From an uncultured Gammaproteobacteria bacterium (GTDB lineage Bacteria > Patescibacteriota > Microgenomatia > UBA10105 > UBA927): DNA of 64,000 bases. Both the position numbers and the translations under genes were made by a program. The DNA is taken from contig CAYMYO010000001.1 of assembly GCA_964394685.1 (NCBI GenBank), positions 64,040-128,039 on the forward strand. Reading direction: 5' to 3'. Below the pieces are notes generated by a model that worked only from the letters and a program-made list of their open reading frames with translations, had not been told where the DNA came from and did not search any database. This document shows positions 11,288 to 22,813 of this stretch, in pieces. Every line of letters begins with the position of its first letter. Position 1 is the stretch's first letter.

Positions 11288-12924
11288 AACAGATACTATT
11301 AGTTATCGGAGTAGTTATTATTGCAGGAGTACTTCGATTGTATCAATTAGGGCAGGTACCAGTAAGTCCTGATTGGGATGAAGTGGCGCTTGGGTATAAC
11401 GCGTATTCAATTTTAAAAACCGGACGTGATGAATATGGTACATTCCTCCCTTTAACGTTTCGTTCATTTGATGATTATAAACCGCCACTTTATACTTATT
11501 TAACAGTGCCGTCTGTTGCGTTATTTGATCTGACGGTTTGGGCAGTTCGATTGCCCTCTGCGATCATGGGAATTTTAGCAGTATTAGGGACATATTTTCT
11601 TGTTAAAGAACTATTCAAAAAGAATCTAAACTTGCCAATAATAGCTTCGCTATTGTTGGCTATCTCTCCCTGGCATATTCAATTCTCACGTATTGCATTT
11701 GAAGCTAATACAGGAATAACGATAAATATCTGGGCAGTGGCAACGTTTTTTATGGGTTTGCGGAAGAAAGTATTTTTTTCAATATCAGCTCTCTTATTTG
11801 GACTTGGTATGTATGCATACCATAGTGAACGAATATTTCTTCCGCTTCTGGTTTTACTTTTAGGAGTGATCTATAGGAAAGAAATTTTTCAAAAGGACAA
11901 AATCCGCAGTATCGCTTCAGCGATTATTGTCGGCCTACTCGTGGTTGCCCCACTCATAACTGTGTTTGCGAATAAGTCTTCGATGTCTCGGGTGTATGGC
12001 ACGAGTATTTTTTCTAATCCTACCAATTTACTCGCCAGGTCAATTGCCAGCATTGAATACGATCAGAAATTAGGTGACAATATCGGAAAACTGTTTGATA
12101 ACCGACGCTTTGTTTGGGTGCAAACATTATTGTTCGGATACTTGTCTCATTTTTCATTTAAATGGTTGTTTTTAACCGGAGATAACCCAAGACATCACGC
12201 TCCCGATATGGGGCTATTATATTTATGGGAATTGCCATTTATTCTGTATGGTTTATATTCCATTATTAAAAGCAAAGAACAAAAAACAAAATACCTAATT
12301 ATTGGTTGGTTATTACTGTCCCCCATAGCAGCATCTCCTACAACAGGACTTCCACATGCGATACGAACGTTAGTATTTTTACCCATGTATCAAATCATTT
12401 GCGCAATTGGAATCAGTTCATTGTGGCAGGCATCAAACCGATGGAACATGTATAAAGTTTTTAAGAGAGTTTTATATAGTGTGGTTGTTTTATTTGCTTT
12501 AGGAAATTTTATTTACTATCTCGATATGTATTTCGTTCAACAAAATCCTGAATTTTCTGAATATTGGCAATATGGGTATAAACAAGCCGTTGAATACACG
12601 GAAAAGGTGAAACAAAAATATAAAAAAGTAGTTGTTTCAACCAATCTTGAGCAGTCCTATATGTTTTTCTTGTTTTATACGAAATATGATCCCAATAAAT
12701 ATTTAGCGTTAGGAGGAACAAAATCAGGAGGTTTTAGAGAGGATAGAAATGCGTTCGATGGTTATGAATTCCGGACAATTAAATGGCCCAGTGAGCAAAG
12801 AAACGGATCGATTCTTTATGTTGGGACGCTATTGGATATGCCGCACGGGAATGTTGCAAATATAACATTTTTAAATGGAAAACCGGCAATAGAAATGGCT
12901 GATATGCCAAGTGGAGCACCATGA
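11284..12924 (+). CDS. ArnT/PMT-like membrane glycosyltransferase (tandem paralog)
   Basis: The segment PVSPDWDEVALGYNAYSILKTGRDEYGTFLPLTFRSFDDYKPPL is near-identical to the motif block of 9665-11287. Its start overlaps the upstream stop in ATGA fashion. Confidence 0.7.
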   Translation: MKQILLVIGVVIIAGVLRLYQLGQVPVSPDWDEVALGYNAYSILKTGRDEYGTFLPLTFRSFDDYKPPLYTYLTVPSVALFDLTVWAVRLPSAIMGILAVLGTYFLVKELFKKNLNLPIIASLLLAISPWHIQFSRIAFEANTGITINIWAVATFFMGLRKKVFFSISALLFGLGMYAYHSERIFLPLLVLLLGVIYRKEIFQKDKIRSIASAIIVGLLVVAPLITVFANKSSMSRVYGTSIFSNPTNLLARSIASIEYDQKLGDNIGKLFDNRRFVWVQTLLFGYLSHFSFKWLFLTGDNPRHHAPDMGLLYLWELPFILYGLYSIIKSKEQKTKYLIIGWLLLSPIAASPTTGLPHAIRTLVFLPMYQIICAIGISSLWQASNRWNMYKVFKRVLYSVVVLFALGNFIYYLDMYFVQQNPEFSEYWQYGYKQAVEYTEKVKQKYKKVVVSTNLEQSYMFFLFYTKYDPNKYLALGGTKSGGFREDRNAFDGYEFRTIKWPSEQRNGSILYVGTLLDMPHGNVANITFLNGKPAIEMADMPSGAP

Positions 12925-14408
12925 AAAAGATTCCAACTTATTTTATTGTATGCGTATTTATTATTATCCTCGCATGCATCCCAAGAGCGATAGAGCTTGT
13001 GTGTGGTAATTACGTCTTTGGGTTTGACCAAGGGAAACATTGGCTTGGGGCAAAAGCTCTTGTTATTGATCATAGAATTTCACTTATTGGCGATGAGGTG
13101 GGTGGTGCACGTGGATTTTTTCAAGGTCCGGGATGGATTTATACGTTAAGTATTTTTTATTTGCTATTTCAGGGAAATCCATATGGGGGGATTGTACTCA
13201 TGTTCATAAGTGGAATTGCAACAGTGGCGTTAGCATTATGGTTATTTGGAAAAACACTTGGAAAACTAGAAGCCGGATGCATTGGACTTCTTCTTGCGAT
13301 ATCGCCAATTCTGATTGAATCTTCAAGAATGACTTGGCCGCCGCACATGATTCCTCCCCTTACTGTTATTAGTCTATACGCACTATGGAAAATGATTACT
13401 GGAACTTATGTATATATGCCTATGCTATTTTTTGTTGTTGGTTCTATGGCGCATTTTGAAATAGCGACAGCTGGAACAATGGCCATAGTACTAACGTTGT
13501 ATACAATTCCATTTATTATTGTAAAAAGAATTTCATGGAAGATAATTGTTCTATCAGTCCTTGCTTGGATTCTTCCATTTCTTCCTCTTATAGTTTTTGA
13601 TATACGCCACCAGTTTTTAAATGTAAAAGGTATTATTGAAACATTCGGTGGAGACAGACAAATTCAATCATCACTGCCTCTTTTAATTGCAAATCATCGA
13701 ATGATTTTTAATACAAATATATTTCATGCGTTTCAAACGATGTTTACCTCAAATATTGCTGTTATTGCACTTCTTATTATTGGGATGTTTCAATTTGTTG
13801 ATAAAACGGTTGCTCGGACAAGACGACAATTTCTTTTTTTCTTGTACGGATTTCCTCTAGTTCTGTTTGGAGTTCTTTTATTTTACAAAAATGATTTATG
13901 GCCCTGGTGGCTGTATGAATTGTCAGTTATCATGGTGGTTCTGATTGGAATGACTGTCTCTTGGATGATAAGAAGAAAAGGAATTTTGAGAATTACTGCA
14001 ATTGCTATCCTTATTTTTATGTTTGCCGGATACGCAAAAGAAAGTATTCGTTTTTGGAAAAACGACTATCCTAATTACGGGGGAACGGCAAAAATCCGTG
14101 GTAAAACGGATGCCATTGATTTTATTTTTCAGGAAGCAAAAACTAAAGATTTTGGTTTATTTTTCTTTACACCTCCTATTTATACATATTCCTATGACTT
14201 TTTAAATTGGTGGTATGGAAAGAAAAAGTATGGATATATCCCCCCACAAGAAATGAAGGCTACATTTTATCTTCTTGCCGAGCCTGATGCGGAAAAGCCA
14301 TGGACGTACAAAGGTTGGATGGAGACGGCTATTGTAGGGGGTGTTGTGGTTAATACATGGACATTGCCATCCGGATTTATTGTGCAAAAAAGAGTGATGA
14401 TGAAATAA
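12921..14408 (+). CDS. Polytopic membrane protein, GT-C-like (FDQ-motif family paralog)
   Basis: It carries GFDQGKHWLGAKALVIDHRISLIGDEVGGARGFFQGPGWIY, the same loop architecture as the genes at 437, 14410 and 19740. Start and stop overlap in ATGA fashion. Confidence 0.55.
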   Translation: MKKIPTYFIVCVFIIILACIPRAIELVCGNYVFGFDQGKHWLGAKALVIDHRISLIGDEVGGARGFFQGPGWIYTLSIFYLLFQGNPYGGIVLMFISGIATVALALWLFGKTLGKLEAGCIGLLLAISPILIESSRMTWPPHMIPPLTVISLYALWKMITGTYVYMPMLFFVVGSMAHFEIATAGTMAIVLTLYTIPFIIVKRISWKIIVLSVLAWILPFLPLIVFDIRHQFLNVKGIIETFGGDRQIQSSLPLLIANHRMIFNTNIFHAFQTMFTSNIAVIALLIIGMFQFVDKTVARTRRQFLFFLYGFPLVLFGVLLFYKNDLWPWWLYELSVIMVVLIGMTVSWMIRRKGILRITAIAILIFMFAGYAKESIRFWKNDYPNYGGTAKIRGKTDAIDFIFQEAKTKDFGLFFFTPPIYTYSYDFLNWWYGKKKYGYIPPQEMKATFYLLAEPDAEKPWTYKGWMETAIVGGVVVNTWTLPSGFIVQKRVMMK

Positions 14409-14409
14409 T

Positions 14410-15648
14410 ATGCGTTGGCGCACATGTATCGCCGTAGTATTTTTAGTTTTTATTTTTTTTCGCTTCTTTCAGCTTGAAGAGCGGCTTGTTTTAGGTTGGG
14501 ATCAGACAATGAATGCATGGGTAGTGAAAGATCTTTTGATTGATCATAAATTTCCACTTCTTGGAATGGCAGCAAAAGGAAACAGCGGAGTATTCATCGG
14601 TCCGGCATTTTACTATATTTTAGCTGCGTTTTATGCAGTTACGAAGTTACACCCAATCGCAGCCGGATATTACGCAGGAGTTATGAGTGTTGTTGCCGGA
14701 ATAGTACTTTTTTTTGTTGTTCGTCGTATATTTTCAGAGCGGGTAGCACTTATCGCTCTTGCTGTTGCGGCTATATCTTTTAAAGTAGTTTTTTCTGACC
14801 GCCTTGCTGGACCAATTCATTTACTTCCGTTTGTATCTATTGCAATTTTTTATCTCTGGTACACAGTGCTTATGGGAAATTCGAAAGCGCTTCCATTATT
14901 AGCTACTGTTATCGGATTTTCTTTCCACCTGCACATGACAGCTATATATTATGTATTTATTTCTCTTTTGTGTTTCCCTTTTATTCTTCGTCAAAAAATA
15001 CCGGTAAAGATATATATAGTATCCATCCTGGCGTTATTTGTTTGGTTTATACCAAACATCGTAGTGAATATTCAACAGAATTACACCCTGACAACAACAA
15101 CGGGTAACTTTTTTACTACCTTTTATCATGGTCTACATCTGCGGCGGGTTTTGCAGCTGTTACCCGATGCGTTTATAGAATTTGAGAAAATTATATTGTT
15201 GGGGCCGTTTTCTTTTATCCGCTATATCATGGTGCCGATATTTATTGTTCTTATCTGGTTACGGGAAAAAAGAAAAAAAGCACTGGTCATCATCTATCTG
15301 ACGTTGCTGTGGTATATCGTTCCCTGGATTGTGCTGTCAACGTTTCGGGGAGAGATAAGTGATTATTATTTTGTTATTACACGTTTTCCATCTCTTTTTA
15401 TTATTGGGTACTGCATAAATAGCGTTCTATCAACACGTAGATGGTATCTTATTGGAGGTGTAAGCATATTGTTTTTATGGTTTTCTTACAATAACATTGC
15501 TTTATTTAGTAGATCAAATGATCGAAACTTCATCAAACAACAAGACCGCGCAATGTCATTTATTCAATCCGGCAAGAGAATGGATTTTCAGGAAGGCATT
15601 GCTGAATCGTATCTTTATTTTTACTATCGCAACTTCGATATGCGGTAA
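14410..15648 (+). CDS. Polytopic membrane protein, GT-C-like (WDQ-motif family paralog)
   Basis: It carries GWDQTMNAWVVKDLLIDHKFPLLGMAAKGNSGVFIGPAFYY and is a tandem paralog of the gene at 12921. Confidence 0.55.
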   Translation: MRWRTCIAVVFLVFIFFRFFQLEERLVLGWDQTMNAWVVKDLLIDHKFPLLGMAAKGNSGVFIGPAFYYILAAFYAVTKLHPIAAGYYAGVMSVVAGIVLFFVVRRIFSERVALIALAVAAISFKVVFSDRLAGPIHLLPFVSIAIFYLWYTVLMGNSKALPLLATVIGFSFHLHMTAIYYVFISLLCFPFILRQKIPVKIYIVSILALFVWFIPNIVVNIQQNYTLTTTTGNFFTTFYHGLHLRRVLQLLPDAFIEFEKIILLGPFSFIRYIMVPIFIVLIWLREKRKKALVIIYLTLLWYIVPWIVLSTFRGEISDYYFVITRFPSLFIIGYCINSVLSTRRWYLIGGVSILFLWFSYNNIALFSRSNDRNFIKQQDRAMSFIQSGKRMDFQEGIAESYLYFYYRNFDMR

Positions 15649-15677
15649 ATAATCTCGGTATTCGATATAATACGATT

Positions 15678-17308
<1,631 letters not shown>

Positions 17309-17324
<16 letters not shown>

Positions 17325-18085
17325 TCCTGTCTGTCGCAATCGTAACTTTTAACGAAGAACAGAACATTGATGCTTGCTTATTATCAATCAGCCAACTGGC
17401 TGATGAAATAATCGTCGTTGATGGCGGATCGAGTGATACAACGTGTGAAATAGCAAAGAAATATAACGCAACAATTATCCACACAGATAATCCACAAATA
17501 TTTCATATTAATAAACAGAAGGCACTTGATGCGTGTCATGGGGAGTGGATTTTGCAGCTTGATGCAGATGAGGTGGTGACAGAAGAATTGAAGAAAGAGA
17601 TCCTGAATCCGCCAACTGGCGGACAGGATGACAAACATTATAACGGATACTATATTCCGCGGAAAAATTATTTTTGGGGTCATGTTATGAAGAAGGGCGG
17701 CCAATATCCCGATTATGTCATACGACTTATTCGTAACGGCAAAGCCCATTTCCCCTGTAAAAGTGTTCATGAACAAATTGAAGTTGATGGGACTGTTGGA
17801 TATTTGAAAGAACCAATGCTTCACTATTCATACAGAACAAAAGAAGACTATTGGAAAAAAGCAGATACCTATACGACGCTGAGGGCTCTATCTATGCAGG
17901 AAAATAACATCAAAAAAACGCTTGGTACATGGGTACGTTATAACATTATTCTTCCCATAAAAACTTTTTTTCTTTTATTTATCAGACATAAGGGGTTTAT
18001 TGATGGATGGTATGGACTGGTCTTTGCCTATTGGTCTGCGCTCCACTTCCCAATATCATATAAAAAATATCGTAAAATGCTATGA
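17309..18085 (+). CDS. Glycosyltransferase family 2
   Basis: The N-terminus is GT2-like (LSVAIVTFNEEQNIDACLLSI...VVDGGSSDTT), and the DADE motif appears in ILQLDADEVV. The gene overlaps the 3' end of 15678-17324. Confidence 0.8.
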
Positions 18086-18600
18086 AAAAAATAACTTCGG
18101 TTGTGATTTTATACATAATACTTTATACGTTATACCTTATACTTCCGCTTGCTGTACAAGCGGAATATGTTCTTCCCTATCCATCATCTATGCCGGGGAA
18201 TAAAATATATAAAATAACAAGATTAGTCGATTGGCTTAAGAATTATTGGTATTGGGGAGATATTGCGCAGGCGAAGTACCATCTCATGTTGTCGGATAAA
18301 TATCTTGTTGAAGCGAAAATACTTTTTGAATATAAACAATATTTATTGGGAGACGAAGCGCTTGTACGGTCTTCAAATGAGTGGCAGCAGATACAGCCGC
18401 ATCTCAATTTTGCAAAAAATCATAATAAAGATATTACGAAATTATTTATCCTCTATAAAGAAGCTGCACAGGTTCATGAAATAGTGTTGCGTTCATTTAT
18501 TGTTCCCGAATCAATACTGTGGAATCCTGAGAAAGGAACATCTACAAATTTATATTTAAAAGAAGATATCACGAAAGCGATTGAAATTCGTAAACAATAA
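18082..18600 (+). CDS. Hypothetical secreted protein (signal peptide)
   Basis: The start overlaps the upstream stop in ATGA fashion. The N-terminal hydrophobic stretch ITSVVILYIILYTLYLILPLAVQA has an AQA cleavage-like site. The mature part is hydrophilic and Tyr/Trp-rich. Confidence 0.5.
   Translation: MKKITSVVILYIILYTLYLILPLAVQAEYVLPYPSSMPGNKIYKITRLVDWLKNYWYWGDIAQAKYHLMLSDKYLVEAKILFEYKQYLLGDEALVRSSNEWQQIQPHLNFAKNHNKDITKLFILYKEAAQVHEIVLRSFIVPESILWNPEKGTSTNLYLKEDITKAIEIRKQ
18111..18145 (+). repeat. Heptad array R2: ATACATA ATACTTT ATACGTT ATACCTT ATACTTC (within signal-peptide coding region)
   Basis: Direct reading shows ATAC at a 7-nt period five times. The terminal ATACTTC unit is the same as in R1. 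Confidence 0.8.
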
Positions 18601-19753
18601 TATGAGGAGAATTGCATATCTGTATTACATTTTTATACTCGTATGTATCGTTGTTTTTTCTTATGGGTTTAAAGATCCGAATTTAACGTTAACAACCTCA
18701 CCGTTTCTTATTTCCATCACTCACCAACTCACGTACGTTGTGTATGTACTTCGCCCGTTAGCAACGCTCATTTTTTTAGGTATTCTTTTGAGTCTTTGGA
18801 GTTTTTATGCCATTGTATGTAGGTATGGAGAGAAATTATTTTCTAATTTAAAACATCTTGCGTTTATTATTATCGCATCAGCATTCATTCTTTCATTTTC
18901 TTATCCCGCGTTGACACATGATCTATTTAACTATATGACCACAGCCAAGGTAGCATTCACCCATGGAGAAAATCCATATGTTGTCATGCCGATTGAAATT
19001 CCAAATGAACCTTACCTAGCATTTACCAGGGCAGCTAATAAATATGCATTGTACGGGCCAATATAGATTGCCATAACTGCACTACCACACTACCTTGGTA
19101 ATAATAATATTTGGCAAACAATTATCATGTTTAAGTTATTAAATACATTTTTTTATCTTGTGTTTGTATATATGGTGTATCAGATAACAAAATCCTTGAA
19201 AAATACACTATTTTTCGCATTCAATCCGCTTATTCTTATCGAAACACTCGTTTCAGGTCATAACGATATTGTCATGATGGTATTAGCAGTGGCTGGACTT
19301 TATCTGTTTGAGCAAAAGAAAATATCGGAAAAAATAATTAGCATAATATTGTTATTTGCTAGTGTTTTGATAAAAGGAGCAACAATTGTCCTTTTACCGC
19401 TTCTGTTTGTAAGAAAATTTGACCGTGATCGCTTACTGCTTACTGCTTACTGCTTACTGTCCATCGTCTTTTTCATCGCAGCCCCCATTCGGGAAGAACT
19501 CTATCCTTGGTATGCAGTATGGCTTGTATGTATTGTGTCGTTTCTTCCAATCAAAAAGCATATGTGGCTGTACGGTTTTACAACAGTTCTAACTTTTGCA
19601 TTAGAGCTGCGGCATTTGCCATATATGTGGATGGGGTATTATGAAGGGCCGGGACCAGTACTTCGCACCATACTTACCGTTGTACCAGTTGGTATATATA
19701 TTGTTTATACCGGAATGCAATACCTATCAAAAAGACAAAATGAAAAAATTTAA
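18581..19753 (+). pseudogene. DUF2029/GPI-mannosyltransferase-like polytopic membrane protein interrupted by a single in-frame TAG (19064-19066)
   Basis: ORFs 18581-19066 and 19127-19753 are in the same frame, with 18581 = 19127 mod 3. They are separated only by TAG and read GPI*IAITALPHYLGNNNIWQTIIMFKLL across it. Both halves are hydrophobic, and their combined length of about 390 aa is typical for the family. Confidence 0.55.
19432..19459 (+). repeat. (CTTACTG)x4 perfect heptanucleotide tandem repeat inside CDS (encodes LLLTAYCLL)
   Basis: Direct reading shows four perfect copies. The TACT core relates it to the ATACTNN heptad family. Confidence 0.85.
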
Positions 19754-21218
19754 GACGCTGTTTATATTACTTGGATTATTTTGTATTGCAGTTGCACTCC
19801 GCTGGTATTTGTTGCCAAGTCATCTTTTTTTTGGACCGGAACAGGGAAGAGATTTCCTTGTAGTACGAGATATTGTAGTTAATCACAAATTGACCCTCAT
19901 CGGGTCAAAAACAGACATTTCCGGAATATTCCACGGACCAATATTCTATTATCTTGCAGCAATCCCGTTTGCTGTAACAAAGGGAAATCCTCTTGGTGTA
20001 TCGCTGTTCATGATCATCATTCAGGCCATTGGTGTTTTCTTTATTTATCTTCTTGGTAAAGATATAACAAAAAGTAAGCGGGTAGGACTGATGACAGCTG
20101 GTTTGTATGCAATATCATTTCTTGGAATTGTATATGGACGGTGGTTATCAAATCCACCGCTTTCTATTCCATTTTCAATTATTTTTATATGGAGTTTCGT
20201 TCGTATGTTGCAGGGAGATAGACGGTATCTTTTTCTTACGGCAATATCATTTGCATGTTTAGGTCAGGCAGAATTTATTAACTTTTTACTTTTCGCTGGT
20301 ATTGTATTTGTGCTGATTGTACGATTTTGGAAGAAAGTTTTGGCTATACCCATGTCATACATAGGAATGGCATTGATTGTAGCTTTTGCATTGTCTTTTG
20401 GAAGCTATCTGTTGTTTGATCTGCGTCATGAGTTTTTGATTTCAAAAAGCGTCATGGGGCTTGTAACTGGTACCTCTGGGTATGGGGTTTCATTTCTTGA
20501 GTCAATGAAAAATGCATCACTCATGTTCGTCTCACAGTTTGGAATGATATTTGGAATTCATATGTGGCAAATAGGTGCTATTTGTTTCGCGATCACACTT
20601 TTTGTATTAGGAGTTGAACGGAAACGACATGAATATATTGATTTAGTTATCATTTGGCTGTTAGTACCGATTCTTATCCTTATGGGACTGCGACATAGCG
20701 TACTGGAACAACTGTATGTTGGACTTGTTCCAGGTATGATTCTTGCAATTGCCATCTTTATTGAGTGGTTAATTCGAAAAATATCAATACTTGGGATTGT
20801 CGTGGGATTAAGTGTGATCGCGATGAGTATATACGCATGCGTGAGTTATCTTCCAAGTAATTCCTTCGTGTTTTTCCAAAGCCCGCAACCGAACGTCAGA
20901 TATCGCGACCAACAAAAGGTCGTGACGAGGATTTATCAATTGGCAAACGGCGACAATTTCTATTTTCAGTCATATACAATTCCATATTTTTGGCAGGATG
21001 CATGGACGTATCTATTTTGGTATCAGGGGATAGAAAAGTATGGATATATTCCGAAGGAAGAGGATAAATCCGTAGTCTATGTTATTGTTCAAAAAGATCG
21101 ATCTAATCCAACATTTCAAGCAAATTGGTATGAAAAAACTGTTTCAGCGTGGGGGAAAAGAACAGAAGGGTTTACAATTGGAGAATATACTGTTGAAATA
21201 CGAGAGCGAGAACAGTAA
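19740..21218 (+). CDS. Polytopic membrane protein, GT-C-like (EQ-motif family paralog)
   Basis: It carries FFGPEQGRDFLVVRDIVVNHKLTLIGSKTDISGIFHGPIFYY. The MKKFKTLF start at 19740 overlaps the upstream stop. The C-terminal soluble domain is about 100 aa. Confidence 0.55.
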   Translation: MKKFKTLFILLGLFCIAVALRWYLLPSHLFFGPEQGRDFLVVRDIVVNHKLTLIGSKTDISGIFHGPIFYYLAAIPFAVTKGNPLGVSLFMIIIQAIGVFFIYLLGKDITKSKRVGLMTAGLYAISFLGIVYGRWLSNPPLSIPFSIIFIWSFVRMLQGDRRYLFLTAISFACLGQAEFINFLLFAGIVFVLIVRFWKKVLAIPMSYIGMALIVAFALSFGSYLLFDLRHEFLISKSVMGLVTGTSGYGVSFLESMKNASLMFVSQFGMIFGIHMWQIGAICFAITLFVLGVERKRHEYIDLVIIWLLVPILILMGLRHSVLEQLYVGLVPGMILAIAIFIEWLIRKISILGIVVGLSVIAMSIYACVSYLPSNSFVFFQSPQPNVRYRDQQKVVTRIYQLANGDNFYFQSYTIPYFWQDAWTYLFWYQGIEKYGYIPKEEDKSVVYVIVQKDRSNPTFQANWYEKTVSAWGKRTEGFTIGEYTVEIREREQ

Positions 21219-21220
21219 CT

Positions 21221-22813
21221 ATGAAAAAGTCGATTATCATGTTCGTTATACTGGCGATGATCATCGGTTTTGCAGCTCTACCTCTATTTAATTCATCATA
21301 CCTACCAACTCATGACGGAGAATACCATATTATCCGGATTGTAGAATTTTCAAAAATGCTTGCCTCTGGTTATGTATTTCCCCGTTGGGCGCCAACGTTA
21401 AATAGCGGATATGGAATACCGATTTTTGAGTTTCATTATCCGCTCCCTAACTATATCGGTTCATTTGTTCGACTATTCACGCATGACGCAGTCTATGCGT
21501 ATCAAATATCCATGGGACTTGGGTATATCATTGCAGCTCTTGGGTCATTTTTATGGCTTACAAGCCTGTATGGACCGTTTGCAGCAGCTCTTGGAACTGT
21601 CGTGGGAGCATATGTACCCTATTGGTTTGTAGATATATACGTTAGAGGATCTATAGGAGAAGTGTGGGCGATAGCAATACTTTTTTTCATTCTTTGGGCA
21701 ATTGAAAAGAAGCAACATATTTACACTGCAATTATGTATGGATTATTGCTTCTTAGCCACAACATTCTTGGAATGGTGTTTACTCCATTTTTATTCATAT
21801 ATATGATAATTCGAAATAAAAAAGCTATTGGAAGTCTTGTTTGGGGAATTGGCTTATCGGCCTATTTTTGGCTCCCAGCGCTACTAGAAGGGAAATATGT
21901 TGTTGGGCTAAACACTGTTAATTTTAGAGAGCATTTTGTTGCCTTGTACGAATTATTGATTCCGTCCTGGGGGACGGAATTCTCAGGGAGGGGTTTTTCA
22001 GGCAGTAAAATATCATTCCAATTAGGCGTTATTCCAATACTGATTATTATTGCATCACTTATAACGATAATTTTGGAGAAACAGAAAACCAAAAATATAT
22101 TAGTGAAATGGTTCTTGGTATTAGTTGGATTACTTCTCGTTTTTGTGCTGCCTTGGTCAAAGGGGATTTGGGAGGTAACGAGACCACTACAGTTTGTTCA
22201 ATATCCTTGGAGATTATTGTCGTTTATGATTCCAATAACAGCGGTACTGACTGCCTATTTGGCCAAAAAATCAAAAAAACCTTACGTTATGGTTATGCTG
22301 GCTATTTTGGCTGTCATTGCCACGTTTCCCTATACCAGAAAAGTTCACTATGCACCACGAAATGAAGCATATTATATGACTCGAAGTAATTTTACAGATG
22401 GAACATCATCTATGGGAAATAGCTTTTCAACGATTTGGACAGGTTGGAAAAAGGAGCGGCCGGAATCAGAATTAGTTCTTCAAAATGGGAAAATGACAAA
22501 AAAGGGAACATGGCAATATTTGAAAAAAGAATTCAACGTTCGTATGGATGCTGAGGGAATAGTGACACTCAATACGCTCTATTTTCCCGGTTGGATCGTC
22601 GTTGTTGATGGGAAAAAAGTGCCAATACTCTACCAATCTGACGGGATTATTCGTGCCTCAATTCCAGCTGGCATTCATGCTATCAAAATTCAATTTACTG
22701 ATACAGCTCCAAGAACTATTGGAAATATCATATCAATAGCCAGTTTGGTTGGGATCATTGGATGGGGTATACTGACTGTATATGAGAGTCGCAATCGACA
22801 CAACACCACTTAG
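21221..22813 (+). CDS. Membrane protein with PTPS-related domain (paralog of 15678-17324)
   Basis: The sequence LPTHDGEYHIIRIVEFSKMLASGYVFPRWAPTLNSGYGIPIFEFHYPL...YWFVDIYVRGSIGE matches the paralog. The C-terminal LYFPGWIVVVDGKKV motif is present. The gene ends with TAG. Confidence 0.6.
   Translation: MKKSIIMFVILAMIIGFAALPLFNSSYLPTHDGEYHIIRIVEFSKMLASGYVFPRWAPTLNSGYGIPIFEFHYPLPNYIGSFVRLFTHDAVYAYQISMGLGYIIAALGSFLWLTSLYGPFAAALGTVVGAYVPYWFVDIYVRGSIGEVWAIAILFFILWAIEKKQHIYTAIMYGLLLLSHNILGMVFTPFLFIYMIIRNKKAIGSLVWGIGLSAYFWLPALLEGKYVVGLNTVNFREHFVALYELLIPSWGTEFSGRGFSGSKISFQLGVIPILIIIASLITIILEKQKTKNILVKWFLVLVGLLLVFVLPWSKGIWEVTRPLQFVQYPWRLLSFMIPITAVLTAYLAKKSKKPYVMVMLAILAVIATFPYTRKVHYAPRNEAYYMTRSNFTDGTSSMGNSFSTIWTGWKKERPESELVLQNGKMTKKGTWQYLKKEFNVRMDAEGIVTLNTLYFPGWIVVVDGKKVPILYQSDGIIRASIPAGIHAIKIQFTDTAPRTIGNIISIASLVGIIGWGILTVYESRNRHNTT

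Noticed and set aside
17384-17824. 146-aa minus-strand ORF antisense to the GT2 gene 17309-18085
   Set aside because: The + strand gene has clear GT2 motifs. The antisense ORF is Cys/Phe-rich nonsense without start context.
19064-19066. UAG as a reassigned sense codon (alternative genetic code)
   Set aside because: TAG terminates at least two motif-complete genes in the window, at the ends of 21221-22813 and galE. Many genes end with TAA or TGA at positions where homologs end.
19641-19739. Longer N-terminal extension (MKGRDQYFAPYLP...) for the 19740-21218 gene
   Set aside because: The extension would overlap 99 nt of the upstream gene in another frame. The paralogs all begin with a short MKK-type N-terminus directly before the first TM helix.
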